Source of the DNA: Acidimicrobiales bacterium
GTDB lineage: Bacteria; Actinomycetota; Acidimicrobiia; Acidimicrobiales; JAUJNH01
Direction: 5' to 3'
Assembly: GCA_038199465.1 (NCBI GenBank)
Contig: JBBPYZ010000172.1
Location: forward strand, 1 to 39,631
DNA: 39,631 nt
Shown here: positions 1 to 10,135 of the stretch, one piece after another
Position numbering within the stretch: position 1 is the stretch's first letter
Layout: every line of letters starts with the position of its first letter
Translations under genes and position numbers: made by a program
Notes under the pieces: generated by a model
What the model saw: the letters and a program-made list of their open reading frames with translations, nothing else
Told to the model about the DNA's origin: nothing
Database searches by the model: none

Positions 1-1056
1 CACCTCGGCAACTTCGGCTTCTACGCCTCGCCGGAACGTGAGCTGGTCTTCGACCTCAACGACTTCGACGAGGCCCACCCGGGCGCCTGGGAGTGGGATC
101 TGCGCCGGCTTGTGGCGAGCATCTGGGTGGCGGGGCGGCACAACGGGGCGTCGGAGCCATCGTGCAAGCATGCGGTCGCCGGCTGCGTGAATGCTTACCG
201 CCGGCAGCTGGCCGACCTGGCCGAGCAGCCGCTGCTGGCCCGCTCCTACGAGTGCCTGGACCTGGACCGGTTGCGGCTGAAGACGACGAAGACGAGCCTG
301 CGCAAGGAGGTCAAGCGGGCTGCCAAGCGGGCCCGAGGGCGCACCAGCGACAGGGCGCTCCCCCGCTTCACCGAAGCGGAGGGCCGCAACCGTCGCATCT
401 GCGAGGAACCCCCGCTGATCACCCGACCCTCAGACGAGGAGTACGAGCGGGTCGCCGAGGCGCTCGACGCCTACCTGGAGACGCTGCCGCCGCACTGGGG
501 CCGCATCGTGGGCGGATACCGCCTCGTCGACATCGCCCACAAGGTGGTCGGGATCGGCTCGGTCGGCCTGCGGGCCTACCTGGCACTGTGCGAGGGCAGC
601 AGCCCGGACGACGTGATCTTCCTGCAGCTCAAGCAGGCCCGCCGGTCGGTCGTCGCCCGCTACGTCCACGGTGACTCCGCCTGGCACGACCACCAGGGCC
701 GCCGGGTCGTCGAGTACCAGCAGGCCCTGCAGACCGTGAGCGACCCGTTGCTCGGATGGGCCACCGTCGGCGAGCACCAGTACTACGTGCGTCAGTTCCG
801 CAACATGAAGGGCGCCATCACCATCGACGAGATCAACGCTCCGGCCCTGGTCGACTACGCAGGCATATGCGGGCTGCTGCTGGCCAAGGGCCACGCCCGC
901 ACCAGCGGCGCGTCCATGATCGCCGGCTACATCGGCGGCTCGGACAAGCTGGCCCGGGCGATGGGCCACTTCGCCCGGGCCTACGCCGACCAGACCGAGC
1001 GGGACCACCGGGCGTTCGCCTCGGCCGTGGCCCGCGGCCTGCTCCACTCCGACTGA
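1..1056 (+). CDS. DUF2252 domain-containing protein (5' end cut by window edge)
   Basis: Frame +1 is open from nt 1 (HLGNFGFYASPERELVFDLNDFDEAHPGAWEWDLRRLVAS...) and runs into listed ORF 112..1056. This motif block matches DUF2252 proteins as I recall them. Stop TGA at 1054-1056. Confidence 0.8.
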   Translation, partial: HLGNFGFYASPERELVFDLNDFDEAHPGAWEWDLRRLVASIWVAGRHNGASEPSCKHAVAGCVNAYRRQLADLAEQPLLARSYECLDLDRLRLKTTKTSLRKEVKRAAKRARGRTSDRALPRFTEAEGRNRRICEEPPLITRPSDEEYERVAEALDAYLETLPPHWGRIVGGYRLVDIAHKVVGIGSVGLRAYLALCEGSSPDDVIFLQLKQARRSVVARYVHGDSAWHDHQGRRVVEYQQALQTVSDPLLGWATVGEHQYYVRQFRNMKGAITIDEINAPALVDYAGICGLLLAKGHARTSGASMIAGYIGGSDKLARAMGHFARAYADQTERDHRAFASAVARGLLHSD

Positions 1057-1073
1057 CCCGCTTCCGAGCCGCT

Positions 1074-1102
1074 GGAGGCGAAGCCCGGACCGGGGCGCCT
1101 CC
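1074..1102. terminator. GC-rich hairpin between convergent genes (GGAGGCG-N15-CGCCTCC)
   Basis: 7-bp inverted repeat read directly in the 129-nt gap between the DUF2252 stop and the ABC1 kinase stop. No T tract. Confidence 0.35.
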
Positions 1103-1185
1103 ATCATCGGCTTGTCGCCGGGCCTCGCCACGGTCACCCAGCCCCTCCTCGCTGCTCTCCGGGGTGACGGTCCTTCGAGCGGGGC

Positions 1186-2856
1186 TCAGCTCTTGGGCTT
1201 GGAGGTGCTGCGCCGGTCGGACCGCACGATCGAGATCATCAGCACGAACGCGCCGCTGGCGGCGGCCAGGAAGCAGACGATGGCCACGGCCGGGTAGCCG
1301 AGGAGCTTGGACGAGGTCTCGACCTGCATGAGTAGGGCGGCCCCGACGATGAGGGCTGCCAGCACCAGCCCCATGGTCAGGCGGTTGGCCAGCTTCTGCA
1401 GCCCCCGGATCAGCTCGACCTCGTCGAAGGCGTGCACCTTGAGCTCGAAGGATCCCTCGGTCACGGCGTCCATGACCTTGTTGACCCGGCCAGGGAGCTG
1501 CTCGACGAAGTCGCGGGTCTCGAGGAGCGCCGAGAACGCGCTCCCTGACGACGTCTTCATCTGGCTCTGCATGACCTCGGTGGTGTGGGCCTCGATCGCC
1601 GCCGTCGGGTCGAACGTCGGGTCCAGCGTCTTGGCCACCTGATCCAGGTTGAGCAGGGCCTTGCCCAGCATCGACAGCTCGGGGGGCAGGCGCAGGCCGT
1701 TCTCGCCGGAGATCCTCATGAGATCCATGACCATCGACCCGGCGTCGATCTGCTCGAGGTTCATGCCCTGGGCTTCCTCCACCATCTCGGTGGCCCCGGC
1801 GCAGAAGCCAGGCCCGTCGTACCACTCAAGCGGCCGTCCCATGGCGACGGCGGCGTCGGCCACGCCTTTCCCGTTGCCGTCGCTCAGGGCGAGGAGCAGC
1901 TTCATCAGGAGGTCGCGGATGGCCTTGGGCACGCGGGCCACCATGCCGACGTCCACCAGGGCCAGCCGCCCGTCGGGGGTGAGGATGACGTTGCCGGGGT
2001 GGGGGTCGGCGTGGAAGAAGCCCTCGACGAGGATCTGGTCGAGGTAGGCCTGGAACAGCTGCTCGGCCAGCACGTGCCCGTCCAGCTCCAGCTTCCCCAG
2101 GGGGCCGATGTCGGTGACCTTGCGGCCCGGGATGAACTCCATGGTGAGGACGGTCGAAGTGGTGTAGTCGCCGATCGGATCGGGGACGACGAGCCGGTCG
2201 TAGGGGCGGAGGATGCGGCCCAGGGCGGTGAGGTTGGCCGCCTCCCGGCGGTAGTCGAGCTCGCCGCTCAGCGACCGCCGGAACTGGGCCAGTAGCTCGG
2301 CGAACCCGTAGCGGCGGCCCGCCTTCAGATGGGTGTCGGCGAACTGGGCCAGCTCGGTGAGGGCTTCCATGTCGGTGGCGATGCGCTCCCTGATACCCGG
2401 GCGCTGCACCTTCACCACCACCTCCCGACCGTCGCGCATGGTGGCCCGATGCACCTGGCCCAACGACGCCGAGGCGAGCGGTTCGAGGTCGAACGTGGCG
2501 AAGCCCTTGGAGATCCGGAAGCCGAGCTCGGTGGAGACGATGCGCTCGACCTCGTCGGATCCGAACGGCTCGACCGAGTCCTGCAGCCGGCTGAGCGCCT
2601 TGGCGTAGGAGGGCGGGATGAGGTCGGCCCGGGTGGACAGCAGCTGGCCCAGCTTGATGTAGGTGGGCCCGAGCTTCTCGAGGTCACAGGCCAGCTCCTC
2701 GGCCTTGGCCGGAACCTGGTCGTCGGACGACCCGTCCGCCTCGACCAGATCCTCCATGCCGGCCTGGCGGACCAGGTCGGAGCGCCCGTACTTGACGAAC
2801 AGGCGGGCGAGGTCTTTGTACCGTCCGACGTGCTGGGGTCGAAGTGAGAGGGCCAT
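1186..2856 (-). CDS. ABC1/UbiB (AarF) family atypical kinase with C-terminal membrane helices
   Basis: ORF 1186..2898, with the probable ATG at 2856 (MALSLRPQHVGRYKDLARLF). Kinase-like motifs ASLGQVHRA, FFHADPHPGN and VDVGM, followed by two hydrophobic C-terminal segments. Confidence 0.9.
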   Translation of the reverse strand: MALSLRPQHVGRYKDLARLFVKYGRSDLVRQAGMEDLVEADGSSDDQVPAKAEELACDLEKLGPTYIKLGQLLSTRADLIPPSYAKALSRLQDSVEPFGSDEVERIVSTELGFRISKGFATFDLEPLASASLGQVHRATMRDGREVVVKVQRPGIRERIATDMEALTELAQFADTHLKAGRRYGFAELLAQFRRSLSGELDYRREAANLTALGRILRPYDRLVVPDPIGDYTTSTVLTMEFIPGRKVTDIGPLGKLELDGHVLAEQLFQAYLDQILVEGFFHADPHPGNVILTPDGRLALVDVGMVARVPKAIRDLLMKLLLALSDGNGKGVADAAVAMGRPLEWYDGPGFCAGATEMVEEAQGMNLEQIDAGSMVMDLMRISGENGLRLPPELSMLGKALLNLDQVAKTLDPTFDPTAAIEAHTTEVMQSQMKTSSGSAFSALLETRDFVEQLPGRVNKVMDAVTEGSFELKVHAFDEVELIRGLQKLANRLTMGLVLAALIVGAALLMQVETSSKLLGYPAVAIVCFLAAASGAFVLMISIVRSDRRSTSKPKS

Positions 2857-2993
2857 CCGAAAACGCTGTACCCAGGAACCGGATCGCCAACCTCGCAAGC
2901 GGGCAACTGGGCAGCGTCGCTGACGGTTCCGGTGTAAATTAGCCGTATCCGTAGAAGAGTGACGGCGACACCGAAGCGGCCCCGAAGGAATCC

Positions 2994-4793
2994 ATGTTCA
3001 CGTGCAGGAAGTTGCCGGCGTTGATCGCCTGCCTGGCGGTCAGCGGCATCTTGTCCACGGTGGCCGCCGTGTCGGCGGAGGCAGCCGGGACGATCAGCTA
3101 CACCTACAGCGTGGCGACGCGAGGGGCCATCCGTTCAGGCGTCACCGACTTCGCCACCCGCGCCCAAGCCACGTTCGACGATCAGCGGGGCTGGGGACTG
3201 GGCGGATCCATCAGATTCGTCAGGGTCCCGAGCGGGGGGAGCTTCACACTGTGGCTGGCCCAGGCCAATCAGCTCCCCTCGTTCTCGTCCGGCTGCTCAT
3301 CGATGTACAGCTGCCGGGTCGGGCGGGACGTCATCATCAACGATGACAGGTGGAGCGACGGCGCCCCGGGCCTGGCCATGGGCCTCGACGACTACCGCGA
3401 CATGGTCGTGAACCACGAGATCGGCCACTGGCTGGGCTACGGCCACCGCACCTGCGCGGGCGCAGGTCAGCCGGCGTACGTGATGCAGCAGCAGTCGAAG
3501 GGCGGGGCCTACCTCGGGGGCTGCCTCCCCAACGCCTGGCCGCGGGCCGAGGAGCGCAACGCTCTGGCCTCGTCCCGAGGTGTCGCCATCCTTCCGCCGC
3601 CGCCGCCTCCGCCGCCCCCGGTCGACGCTTGCCTGCCGGAGGGGACGACCTTCACCCGGGCGCCCGCCCCGGCCGCCGTCACCCCCTCGGGGGGGCCCTA
3701 CGACCCGGTGAGCCCTACCCGCGTGCTCGACACCCGGTCGGGGCTCGGTGCTCCGGTCGGCTGCCTGGGCCCGGGCCGAACCCTCGATGTCGAGGTGGCC
3801 GGGCTGGCCGGGGTGCCCACCTCGAACGTGGGTGCGGTGGCGATCAACCTCACGGCCGTCAACCCGACCGACGGCGGCTACGCCACGGTGTCACCCACGG
3901 GTGGCCCCAACCCAGAGAGCTCGAACCTGAACTTCGGCCCCGGGCAGACCGTCACGAACTTCGCCATGGTGCCGGTGGGAGCGGCCGGTCGGATCACCAT
4001 CAGCAACGTCGGCGGCTACGTGTACTACCTCGTTGACGTGGTCGGGTTCATCCCCAGTGGGTCCAGCATCATCACCTTGGCGCCCACCCGCCTTCTCGAC
4101 ACCAGGGCCGGGGTCGGCGCCCCGCGCGCCCGAATCACCGCATCGCAGGAGCTGAACGTCCCGCTGGCCGGAGTCGTCGTGCCCACCGACGCCCAGGCGG
4201 TCCTCGTCAATCTCACGGTGGTCTCGCCCAGCTCCGCCGGCTACGCCACGGCCTTTCCGAGCGACGGCCCCCGTCCCGGCACGTCCACGCTGAACTTCGG
4301 AGCGGGGTCAACCGTCGCCAACTTCGCCCTGGCCAAGCTGGGAGGTGACGGTCGGATCAAGATCTTCAACGCCGGTGGCACCGCCGACTACCTCATCGAC
4401 GTGCTCGGCTACCTCGCCACAGGCTCCACCGTGACGACGCCGGCGCCGGCGCGGGTGCTCGACACCAGGATCGGCACCGGTGCGGCACAGAACCGGGTCA
4501 CCTCGGGCGGCACCGTCAGCGTGAACATGGCCGGGAACCCCGGGCCAACGCTGGCCGGCGGTGATGTGGTGGCCATCAACCTGACCGCCGCGGCGCCCGA
4601 TTCGGCCGGCTACGCCAGCGCGTTCGGAGGCCCGACACCGCCGGAGACCTCGAACCTGAACTTCAGCGGCGGCCAGACGGTGGCCGGCTTCGCCCTCGTC
4701 AAGCTGGGCAGCGACGGCCAGCTCAACGTCTTGAACGTCGGGGGAGACGCGGACTACCTCGTGGATGTTGCTGGCTTCATCCGGGGAGCGTGA
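2994..4793 (+). CDS. Secreted zincin-like metalloprotease (DUF3152-like N-domain) with poly-Pro linker and three tandem repeat domains
   Basis: GAAGGA RBS lies just upstream of the ATG. Sec signal peptide (…AVSAEA), HEIGHWLGYGH motif at nt 3414-3446, P9 linker at 3594-3620, then three homologous modules of about 118 aa. Confidence 0.85.
   Translation: MFTCRKLPALIACLAVSGILSTVAAVSAEAAGTISYTYSVATRGAIRSGVTDFATRAQATFDDQRGWGLGGSIRFVRVPSGGSFTLWLAQANQLPSFSSGCSSMYSCRVGRDVIINDDRWSDGAPGLAMGLDDYRDMVVNHEIGHWLGYGHRTCAGAGQPAYVMQQQSKGGAYLGGCLPNAWPRAEERNALASSRGVAILPPPPPPPPPVDACLPEGTTFTRAPAPAAVTPSGGPYDPVSPTRVLDTRSGLGAPVGCLGPGRTLDVEVAGLAGVPTSNVGAVAINLTAVNPTDGGYATVSPTGGPNPESSNLNFGPGQTVTNFAMVPVGAAGRITISNVGGYVYYLVDVVGFIPSGSSIITLAPTRLLDTRAGVGAPRARITASQELNVPLAGVVVPTDAQAVLVNLTVVSPSSAGYATAFPSDGPRPGTSTLNFGAGSTVANFALAKLGGDGRIKIFNAGGTADYLIDVLGYLATGSTVTTPAPARVLDTRIGTGAAQNRVTSGGTVSVNMAGNPGPTLAGGDVVAINLTAAAPDSAGYASAFGGPTPPETSNLNFSGGQTVAGFALVKLGSDGQLNVLNVGGDADYLVDVAGFIRGA
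3699..4784 (+). repeat. Three tandem protein-domain repeats (aa 236-353, 359-474, 479-597) inside CDS 2994..4793
   Basis: Each unit starts P-x-R-[VL]LDTR-x-G, has a central A[VI]x[IV]NLT…GY[AT]…P…S-x-LNF…Q/S-TV-x-NF, and ends DYL[VI]DV-x-G[FY]. Units aligned by eye. Confidence 0.8.
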
Positions 4794-4815
4794 CGCGCCG
4801 ATCGTTGCTGGCCGC

Positions 4816-5172
4816 TCAGGCGCGCCGGCGGCTCTGGCCGGCGTAGCCGATGAGGGCTCCGGCCAGGGCGATGGCGCCGGGGACCAGGGCCCACAGGCCG
4901 AGGGCCACGCCGTTGAGGGTGACCAGGGCGGCGACGCCCACGAAGAAGGGCCAGGCGCTGGCGTGGGGCAGGTAGGGGGTGGTCTCGTCGCCGGCGTGGG
5001 CCGTGGTGCGCCGGGCCGTCCGGGCCAGGTAGAGGCCGATGAACAGGGCCAGGCCGGAAGCCAGCAGGAGCATGGCCGTGCCCGCGCTCTCGTAGCTGGT
5101 GAACCAGTAGAGGGCGCCCATCACCGCGATAAGGGCGCCGAGGCCGAGGTAGGCCCGGGCGACGACCGTCAT
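4816..5172 (-). CDS. ctaF: Cytochrome c oxidase subunit IV (actinobacterial CtaF-like)
   Basis: 118-aa protein with four hydrophobic helices. Its ATG overlaps the ctaD stop (ATGA at 5169-5172). Position and topology match CtaF, but the sequence family is weakly conserved. Confidence 0.7.
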   Translation of the reverse strand: MTVVARAYLGLGALIAVMGALYWFTSYESAGTAMLLLASGLALFIGLYLARTARRTTAHAGDETTPYLPHASAWPFFVGVAALVTLNGVALGLWALVPGAIALAGALIGYAGQSRRRA

Positions 5173-6869
5173 GGCCGGGCCTGGACCTCGTCGGCGGTGC
5201 CCGGAGCGGCCGGGTCGTCAGCAGCGCCGGCCGTCGGGTGGGCGAGGTCCCACACGGGTCGGTTCGAACGGATGGGGGGCAGGGGGCCGGGGAAGTTGCC
5301 CGGGGGTGGGGGAGAGGGCGCCGCCCACTCGAGGGTGTGGCCGCCCCACGGGTCGTCGCCCGCCACCTTGCCCCGACGCAGCGAGATGGCCACGTTGACC
5401 AGGAAGACCAGCGTGGAGATGCCCAGCAGGAACGACCCCACCGACGACACCACGTTGAGCGTGGTGAAGCCGTCCTCGGCCCGGTAGTCGGCCACCCGTC
5501 GGGGCATGCCCGACAGGCCCAGCTGGTGCTGCACCAGGAACGTCAGGTTGAACCCGACGAAGGTGGAGAAGACGTGCAGCTGCCCGAGGCGCTCGCCCAG
5601 CATCCGGCCGGTGAACTTCGGGAACCAGTAGTAGACGCCCGCGAACAGGGCGAACACCGAGCCGCCGAACATGACGTAGTGCATGTGGGCCACCACGAAG
5701 TACGAGTCGCTGACCTGGAAGTCGATGGGCGGCGAGGCCAGCAGCACCCCGGTGAGGCCACCGAGCAGGAAGGTGACGAGGAAGGCGATGCAGAACAGCA
5801 GCGGCGTCTTGAACTGCAGCTGGCCGCCCCACATGGTGCCGATCCAGTCGAAGAACTTCACCCCGGTGGGCACGGCGATGAGGTAGGAGAGCCCGCTGAA
5901 GAAGGGGAGGAGCACGGCCCCCGTCACGAACATGTGGTGGGCCCACACCCCGGTCGACAGGGCGGCGATGCTGAGGGTGGCGAAGACCAGCCCCTTGTAG
6001 CCGAACACCGGCCGGCGGGAGAACACCGGTAGCACGTCAGTGATCACCCCGAAGAAGGGCAGGGCCAGGATGTAGACCTCCGGGTGGCCGAAGAACCAGA
6101 ACAGGTGCTGCCACAGCAGGGGTGAACCGCCGTAGCGGACGTCGAAGACGTGGGTGCCGAAGTGGCGGTCGGCGAAGAGCAGCACGGTGGATGCCGTGAG
6201 CACCGGGAAGGCCGTCAGCACCAGCCCGCTCGTCACCAGCATGTTCCAGGTGAAGATGGGCACCCGGAACATCGTCATCCCCGGGGCTCGCATCCCGACG
6301 ATGGTGGTGATGAGGTTGACGGCGGTGAACACCGCGGAGAATCCGGTGAGCACCAGTCCGATGAGCCACAGCTCGACGCCGATGCTGGGGGAGAAGGTGC
6401 CGTTGGACAGGGGCTCGTAGGCGAACCAGCCGAACGAGGGGGCGCCGTCGGCGGTGAGGAAGCCGGAGACCATGGTGAGCCCGCCGCCCAGGTAGAGCCA
6501 GTAGCTCAGGGCGTTCAGGCGGGGGAAGGCCATGTCGGGCGCCCCGATCTGGAGGGGCACGATGTAGTTGGCCAGGCCAAAGGCGAACGGCCCGAGGAAC
6601 AGGAACATCATGATGCTGCCGTGCATGGTGAACAGCTGGTTGTAGACGTCGGTTGTGACCACCTGCATCCCGGGCTGGGCCAGCTCGGCCCGCATCACCA
6701 TGGCCAGCAATCCCCCGAGGAGGAAGAAGGCGAACGCCGTGACCATGTAGCTGATGCCGATGGCCTTGTGGTCGGTGGTGGTGAGCCAGCCGAGGAGGCC
6801 CCCGGCGTGGGGATGGGCCTCCTCGGCCGGGGGAACGGGCAGGACGGGGGGGTCCTCCAGCGTGGTCAT
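5169..6869 (-). CDS. ctaD: Cytochrome c oxidase (aa3) subunit I
   Basis: True start is the ATG at 6869 ([13 protein letters not shown]…) within listed ORF 5169..7766. Heme-copper oxidase signatures [11 protein letters not shown] and WAHHMF. 566 aa. Confidence 0.97.
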   Translation of the reverse strand: MTTLEDPPVLPVPPAEEAHPHAGGLLGWLTTTDHKAIGISYMVTAFAFFLLGGLLAMVMRAELAQPGMQVVTTDVYNQLFTMHGSIMMFLFLGPFAFGLANYIVPLQIGAPDMAFPRLNALSYWLYLGGGLTMVSGFLTADGAPSFGWFAYEPLSNGTFSPSIGVELWLIGLVLTGFSAVFTAVNLITTIVGMRAPGMTMFRVPIFTWNMLVTSGLVLTAFPVLTASTVLLFADRHFGTHVFDVRYGGSPLLWQHLFWFFGHPEVYILALPFFGVITDVLPVFSRRPVFGYKGLVFATLSIAALSTGVWAHHMFVTGAVLLPFFSGLSYLIAVPTGVKFFDWIGTMWGGQLQFKTPLLFCIAFLVTFLLGGLTGVLLASPPIDFQVSDSYFVVAHMHYVMFGGSVFALFAGVYYWFPKFTGRMLGERLGQLHVFSTFVGFNLTFLVQHQLGLSGMPRRVADYRAEDGFTTLNVVSSVGSFLLGISTLVFLVNVAISLRRGKVAGDDPWGGHTLEWAAPSPPPPGNFPGPLPPIRSNRPVWDLAHPTAGAADDPAAPGTADEVQARP

Positions 6870-7612
6870 CCCGTGGCCTCCCTGCTCGTGCGCTCCTGGT
6901 CGAGCCAGGTCCGGTAGGCGGCGGGGCTGACCGCCTCGACCTGGAAGTCCATGCGGGCGTGGTCGAGCCCGCAGTACTCGGCGCAACGCCCGGGGAAGAC
7001 GCCCGGGTCCTCGACCAGGACGTCGAACTGGTTGTCGAGACCGGGGACCAGGTCGAGCTTCTTCAGGAACCGGGGCACCCAGAAGGAGTGGATGACATCG
7101 GTGGTCGAAAGGCGGAGGCGGACGGTGGAGCCGACGGGCAGGACCATGGTGGGCCGGGGCTCGGCGGTGGTGCCGGTGATCACCACCCCCTCGTCCGGGT
7201 AGCGGAACTGCCACTGCCACTGGTAGCCGATGACGTCGACGACCACGTCGGGCGTGGCCACCCTGGCCGTCACCTTCTCCTGGGTGTACACGGTGAACCC
7301 GAAGAGCACGGCCACGATCAGCACCGGGGTGAGGGTGTAGACGATCTCGAGCGGCACGTTGTGGGCCCGCTGGCTCGGCAGCCCCTCGACCCCCCGGCGC
7401 CGCCGGTAGGCGAGGACCGACCAGGCGATCAGCCCCCAGACCAGGGCGACGACGGCGAGGCCGGTGAGCACCGACCCCTGCCACAGCGTCAGGATCCGCT
7501 TGCCGTCGGCGGTGACCGGGTCGGGGGCGCCGAAGCGGGGCACCCTGGCACAGGACCCGGCGACGGCCGCCACCACGGCCACCAGGACTGCCTCCCGAAC
7601 GAACCTGGCCAT
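6866..7612 (-). CDS. ctaC: Cytochrome c oxidase subunit II
   Basis: CuA motif HSFWVP…[12 protein letters not shown]. Probable ATG at 7612 (MARFVREA…) preceded by a GGGGG RBS, with an alternative ATG at 7648. Its stop overlaps the ctaD start by 4 nt. Confidence 0.93.
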   Translation of the reverse strand: MARFVREAVLVAVVAAVAGSCARVPRFGAPDPVTADGKRILTLWQGSVLTGLAVVALVWGLIAWSVLAYRRRRGVEGLPSQRAHNVPLEIVYTLTPVLIVAVLFGFTVYTQEKVTARVATPDVVVDVIGYQWQWQFRYPDEGVVITGTTAEPRPTMVLPVGSTVRLRLSTTDVIHSFWVPRFLKKLDLVPGLDNQFDVLVEDPGVFPGRCAEYCGLDHARMDFQVEAVSPAAYRTWLDQERTSREATG

Positions 7613-7701
7613 CCCCCGTGCCCTCTGCACGGGGCCCAAGGTATCCACCTCGGCACCCCGGGTGGCGGCTCAGCGCTTCCCGGGGGTCGACGATCGCTCC
7701 G

Positions 7702-8793
7702 TCAGCGGGCTGCGGGGTCCCGGCCGAGGTCGCGCAGGAGGCGCTGATGCGACGCCACCGCTGCACGAACGGTGGGCAGGACGACTACCTCGACGCCGGC
7801 GGCGGCGCTGTGGCGGCGGACCACCGAGGTGATGGCAGGCAGCAGCAGCTGGTTGGCCTGGGGGAACAGGTGGTGGGCCACGTGATGGTTCAGGCCGCCG
7901 GTGAAGGTGGTGTAGAGCCGGTTCGAGGTGGCGACGTCGGCCGTGCCCGCGATCTGCGCCAGGGCCCAGCCGCGGTTGATCTGACCGGTGGCGGCCTCGG
8001 CCTTGAGGAAGGTGGTGCTGTCGAGGCAGTGGCCGGTCTGGAAGACCACGGCCATGATGAACCCGGCCAGCACCCCGGCGGCGAGGTAGACGGCCAGGAC
8101 GGCCAGCGCCGGCTGCGCCAGCAGGGCGACGCCCAGCAGGAGCACCAGGCCGGTCAGCTTCTCGGCCAGCAGCCACAGCGCCCGCCGCAGCGTGGCGTCG
8201 GCCACCTTCGACGACCCGATGACGCCCCGGGTGATGAAGGCAAAATCGCCGTTCACCAGCATCGCTGGGTAGAGCAGCGGGTAGAGCAGCCAGGCGTAGA
8301 GCTGCTGGTAGCGGTGCCACGGCCGCCACGGCTGGTAGGGCGTGAGGCGGACGAGCCGCCCGAAGTGCAGGTCGTCGTCGACATCGTGAACGTTGGTGAA
8401 GGAGTGGTGGAGCAGGTTGTGCTTGGTCCGCCACCACGTGCGGCTGATGCCGAAGGGCGCCGCCACCAGCGCCACCGCCGCGTTGCGGCGGCGGTTGAGC
8501 GAGATGGTGCCGTGCACGGCGTCGTGGGCTGTGCCCATGGCCACCGAGGCGGCGGCCAGGCCGAGGGAGACGGTCAGGCCAGCGGCCTGCCACAGCGCAA
8601 GGTCGAGGAGCACCAGGGCCAGGTACGAGGCGTAGAACCAGGTGGAGGTGACCACGGCCTTTCGGGCCAGCCGCCGCCGGGCCCCACCGGCCGAGGCGAG
8701 GAGCAGGGCGCCGACCTCGGCCTGCAGGCCCTGGTGGAAGTCGCCCTTCCGCTGGTAGCGGACCTTGGCCGGCTTCCTCTCCTGCAGCAGCAT
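7702..8793 (-). CDS. Membrane fatty-acid desaturase (three His boxes)
   Basis: ATG at 8793 ([21 protein letters not shown]) within listed ORF 7702..9279. His boxes HDAVHG, HNLLHH and HHVAHH. Several TM segments. Confidence 0.9.
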   Translation of the reverse strand: MLLQERKPAKVRYQRKGDFHQGLQAEVGALLLASAGGARRRLARKAVVTSTWFYASYLALVLLDLALWQAAGLTVSLGLAAASVAMGTAHDAVHGTISLNRRRNAAVALVAAPFGISRTWWRTKHNLLHHSFTNVHDVDDDLHFGRLVRLTPYQPWRPWHRYQQLYAWLLYPLLYPAMLVNGDFAFITRGVIGSSKVADATLRRALWLLAEKLTGLVLLLGVALLAQPALAVLAVYLAAGVLAGFIMAVVFQTGHCLDSTTFLKAEAATGQINRGWALAQIAGTADVATSNRLYTTFTGGLNHHVAHHLFPQANQLLLPAITSVVRRHSAAAGVEVVVLPTVRAAVASHQRLLRDLGRDPAAR

Positions 8794-8848
8794 CCTGCCG
8801 ACCCTACCGGCGCGCCGGCGGCTCCCTGAAACCGGCCCCGCCTGGTCG

Positions 8849-9088
8849 CTAGGGCTGCGGGTCGACCTTCGGGGTCGGCTCCTCGGCCTTCGGGCTGATC
8901 TTGCCCTTCCTGGCCGCGGCCGCAGGGCTCCCGTAGCGGACGCCGCCCGTGACGCCCCAGCTGGTGATGACCCGGATGGCGCCCTCGTGGCCTTGCGGGC
9001 ACGAGGTGGGCTGGTCGAAGTCGGCGATCGACCGCTGCACCTCGAAGCGCACCCCGCACGAGGGGCATCGGAAGTCATAGGCGGGCAT
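8849..9088 (-). CDS. FmdB-family zinc-ribbon protein (second Cys pair degenerate)
   Basis: MPAYDFRCPSCGVRFEV… is the typical FmdB N-terminus. The second pair reads CPQGH. The start lies 9 nt after the recombinase stop. Confidence 0.65.
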   Translation of the reverse strand: MPAYDFRCPSCGVRFEVQRSIADFDQPTSCPQGHEGAIRVITSWGVTGGVRYGSPAAAARKGKISPKAEEPTPKVDPQP

Positions 9089-9097
9089 GGGCCCATG

Positions 9098-10123
9098 CTA
9101 GGGCTGGGCCGGCTCGTCGGTCCCGACCGGGGCGCGGCGGAGGTGGTCGCGCAGGGCGATCTGGCCGGGATGGCCGGTGATGACGTCACGGAGGCCCTCG
9201 GCGCTGGAGTCGAGGTAGCGGCGGGTGGTGTCGAGGGAGGCATGGCCGAGGAGGGCCTGGAGCTCCACCACGTCGGCACCGGTCTGGAGGGCGTCGGTGG
9301 CGAAGGTGTGGCGCAGGGCGTGGACCATGGCCCCGGCCGGGATGCGGGCCCGGATGCCGGCCCGGGTGTAGAGCCGCTCGATCAGGTAGCTGATCTGGTG
9401 GGCGGCGAGACGGCGTCCCCGGGCGTCGACGAGCAAGGGGGTGGCGGGGTGGTCGAGGTCGTGCTCGGGAAAGCGCTGGCTGCGGATGGCCTGGTAGAGG
9501 GCGAGCACCCGTTCGAGGGCGGGGTCGACGGGGATGGTGCGGGCCTTGCCGCCCTTGCCGATGACCTCCAGGCGGCGGGCCCCTTCCGGCCCGGCGATCG
9601 ACGCCATGCCGAGGGCGACGGCTTCGCCTTCGCGGAGGCCCGAGACGAGGAACAGGGCGACGAGGGCGAGGTCGCGCTCGGGCCAGGGGGAGCGAGCCCC
9701 GCCGTCGACCGTGGCGGCAGTGGCCAGGAGGCGGGCGGCGGCGTCGTCGGCCTTGATGGCCTTGGGCGCCGAGTGGCCCAGTCGGGGCTTGGGCACGGCT
9801 GCCATAGGGTTGCCGTCGAGGAGGTCCTCGGCGACCAGGAAGTCGAAGAGCGACGACCAGGCCGAGTGGGCCCGCAGCAGCGAGGCGGCGGCGTGGTCGG
9901 CGGCCCAGGAGGCGAACCCGGCCCGCAGCGCCTGCTTGGTCAGGTCCTCGAGGCGCAGACCGGCGGCGCCCTCGCTGTCCATCCGGTAGGCCACGCCGTC
10001 GACGTCGGACCGGTAGGCCTTCAGCGTCCGAGCCGACGGCTTGGTCGCCCCCAGCTGGAACAGCCACGCCTCGATGATCTCTACCAGGGGAGAGCCGGCA
10101 TCGAGTCGTCGGAGAGCGGCCAC
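9098..10123 (-). CDS. Xer-type tyrosine site-specific recombinase/integrase
   Basis: 341 aa with a GTG start. SAM-like N-domain (TLKAYRSDV) and catalytic residues in GLREGE (R), GKGGKART (K), HALRHTFAT (HxxR) and LLGHASLDTTRRYL (H, Y). Confidence 0.9.
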   Translation of the reverse strand: MAALRRLDAGSPLVEIIEAWLFQLGATKPSARTLKAYRSDVDGVAYRMDSEGAAGLRLEDLTKQALRAGFASWAADHAAASLLRAHSAWSSLFDFLVAEDLLDGNPMAAVPKPRLGHSAPKAIKADDAAARLLATAATVDGGARSPWPERDLALVALFLVSGLREGEAVALGMASIAGPEGARRLEVIGKGGKARTIPVDPALERVLALYQAIRSQRFPEHDLDHPATPLLVDARGRRLAAHQISYLIERLYTRAGIRARIPAGAMVHALRHTFATDALQTGADVVELQALLGHASLDTTRRYLDSSAEGLRDVITGHPGQIALRDHLRRAPVGTDEPAQP

Positions 10124-10129
10124 GTCGCT

Positions 10130-10135
10130 ATCCTA
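10130..10135 (-). promoter_or_regulatory. -10-like TAGGAT box 6 nt upstream of the recombinase GTG (possible leaderless mRNA)
   Basis: The minus strand reads …TAGGAT-AGCGAC-GTG. TANNNT with 6-nt spacing is the mycobacterial leaderless geometry. Confidence 0.35.

Noticed and set aside
3594-3620. CCG/CCC-rich run considered as a DNA-level simple repeat or slippage tract
   Set aside because: It encodes an in-frame nine-proline interdomain linker. The codons are mixed (CCG/CCT/CCC), so it is not a perfect microsatellite.
5169-7766. Listed 865-aa ORF suggesting a giant subunit I protein
   Set aside because: Only the last 566 codons (from the ATG at 6869) are CtaD. The upstream 299 codons are an Arg/Pro/Gly-rich out-of-frame shadow lying over the genuine ctaC gene.
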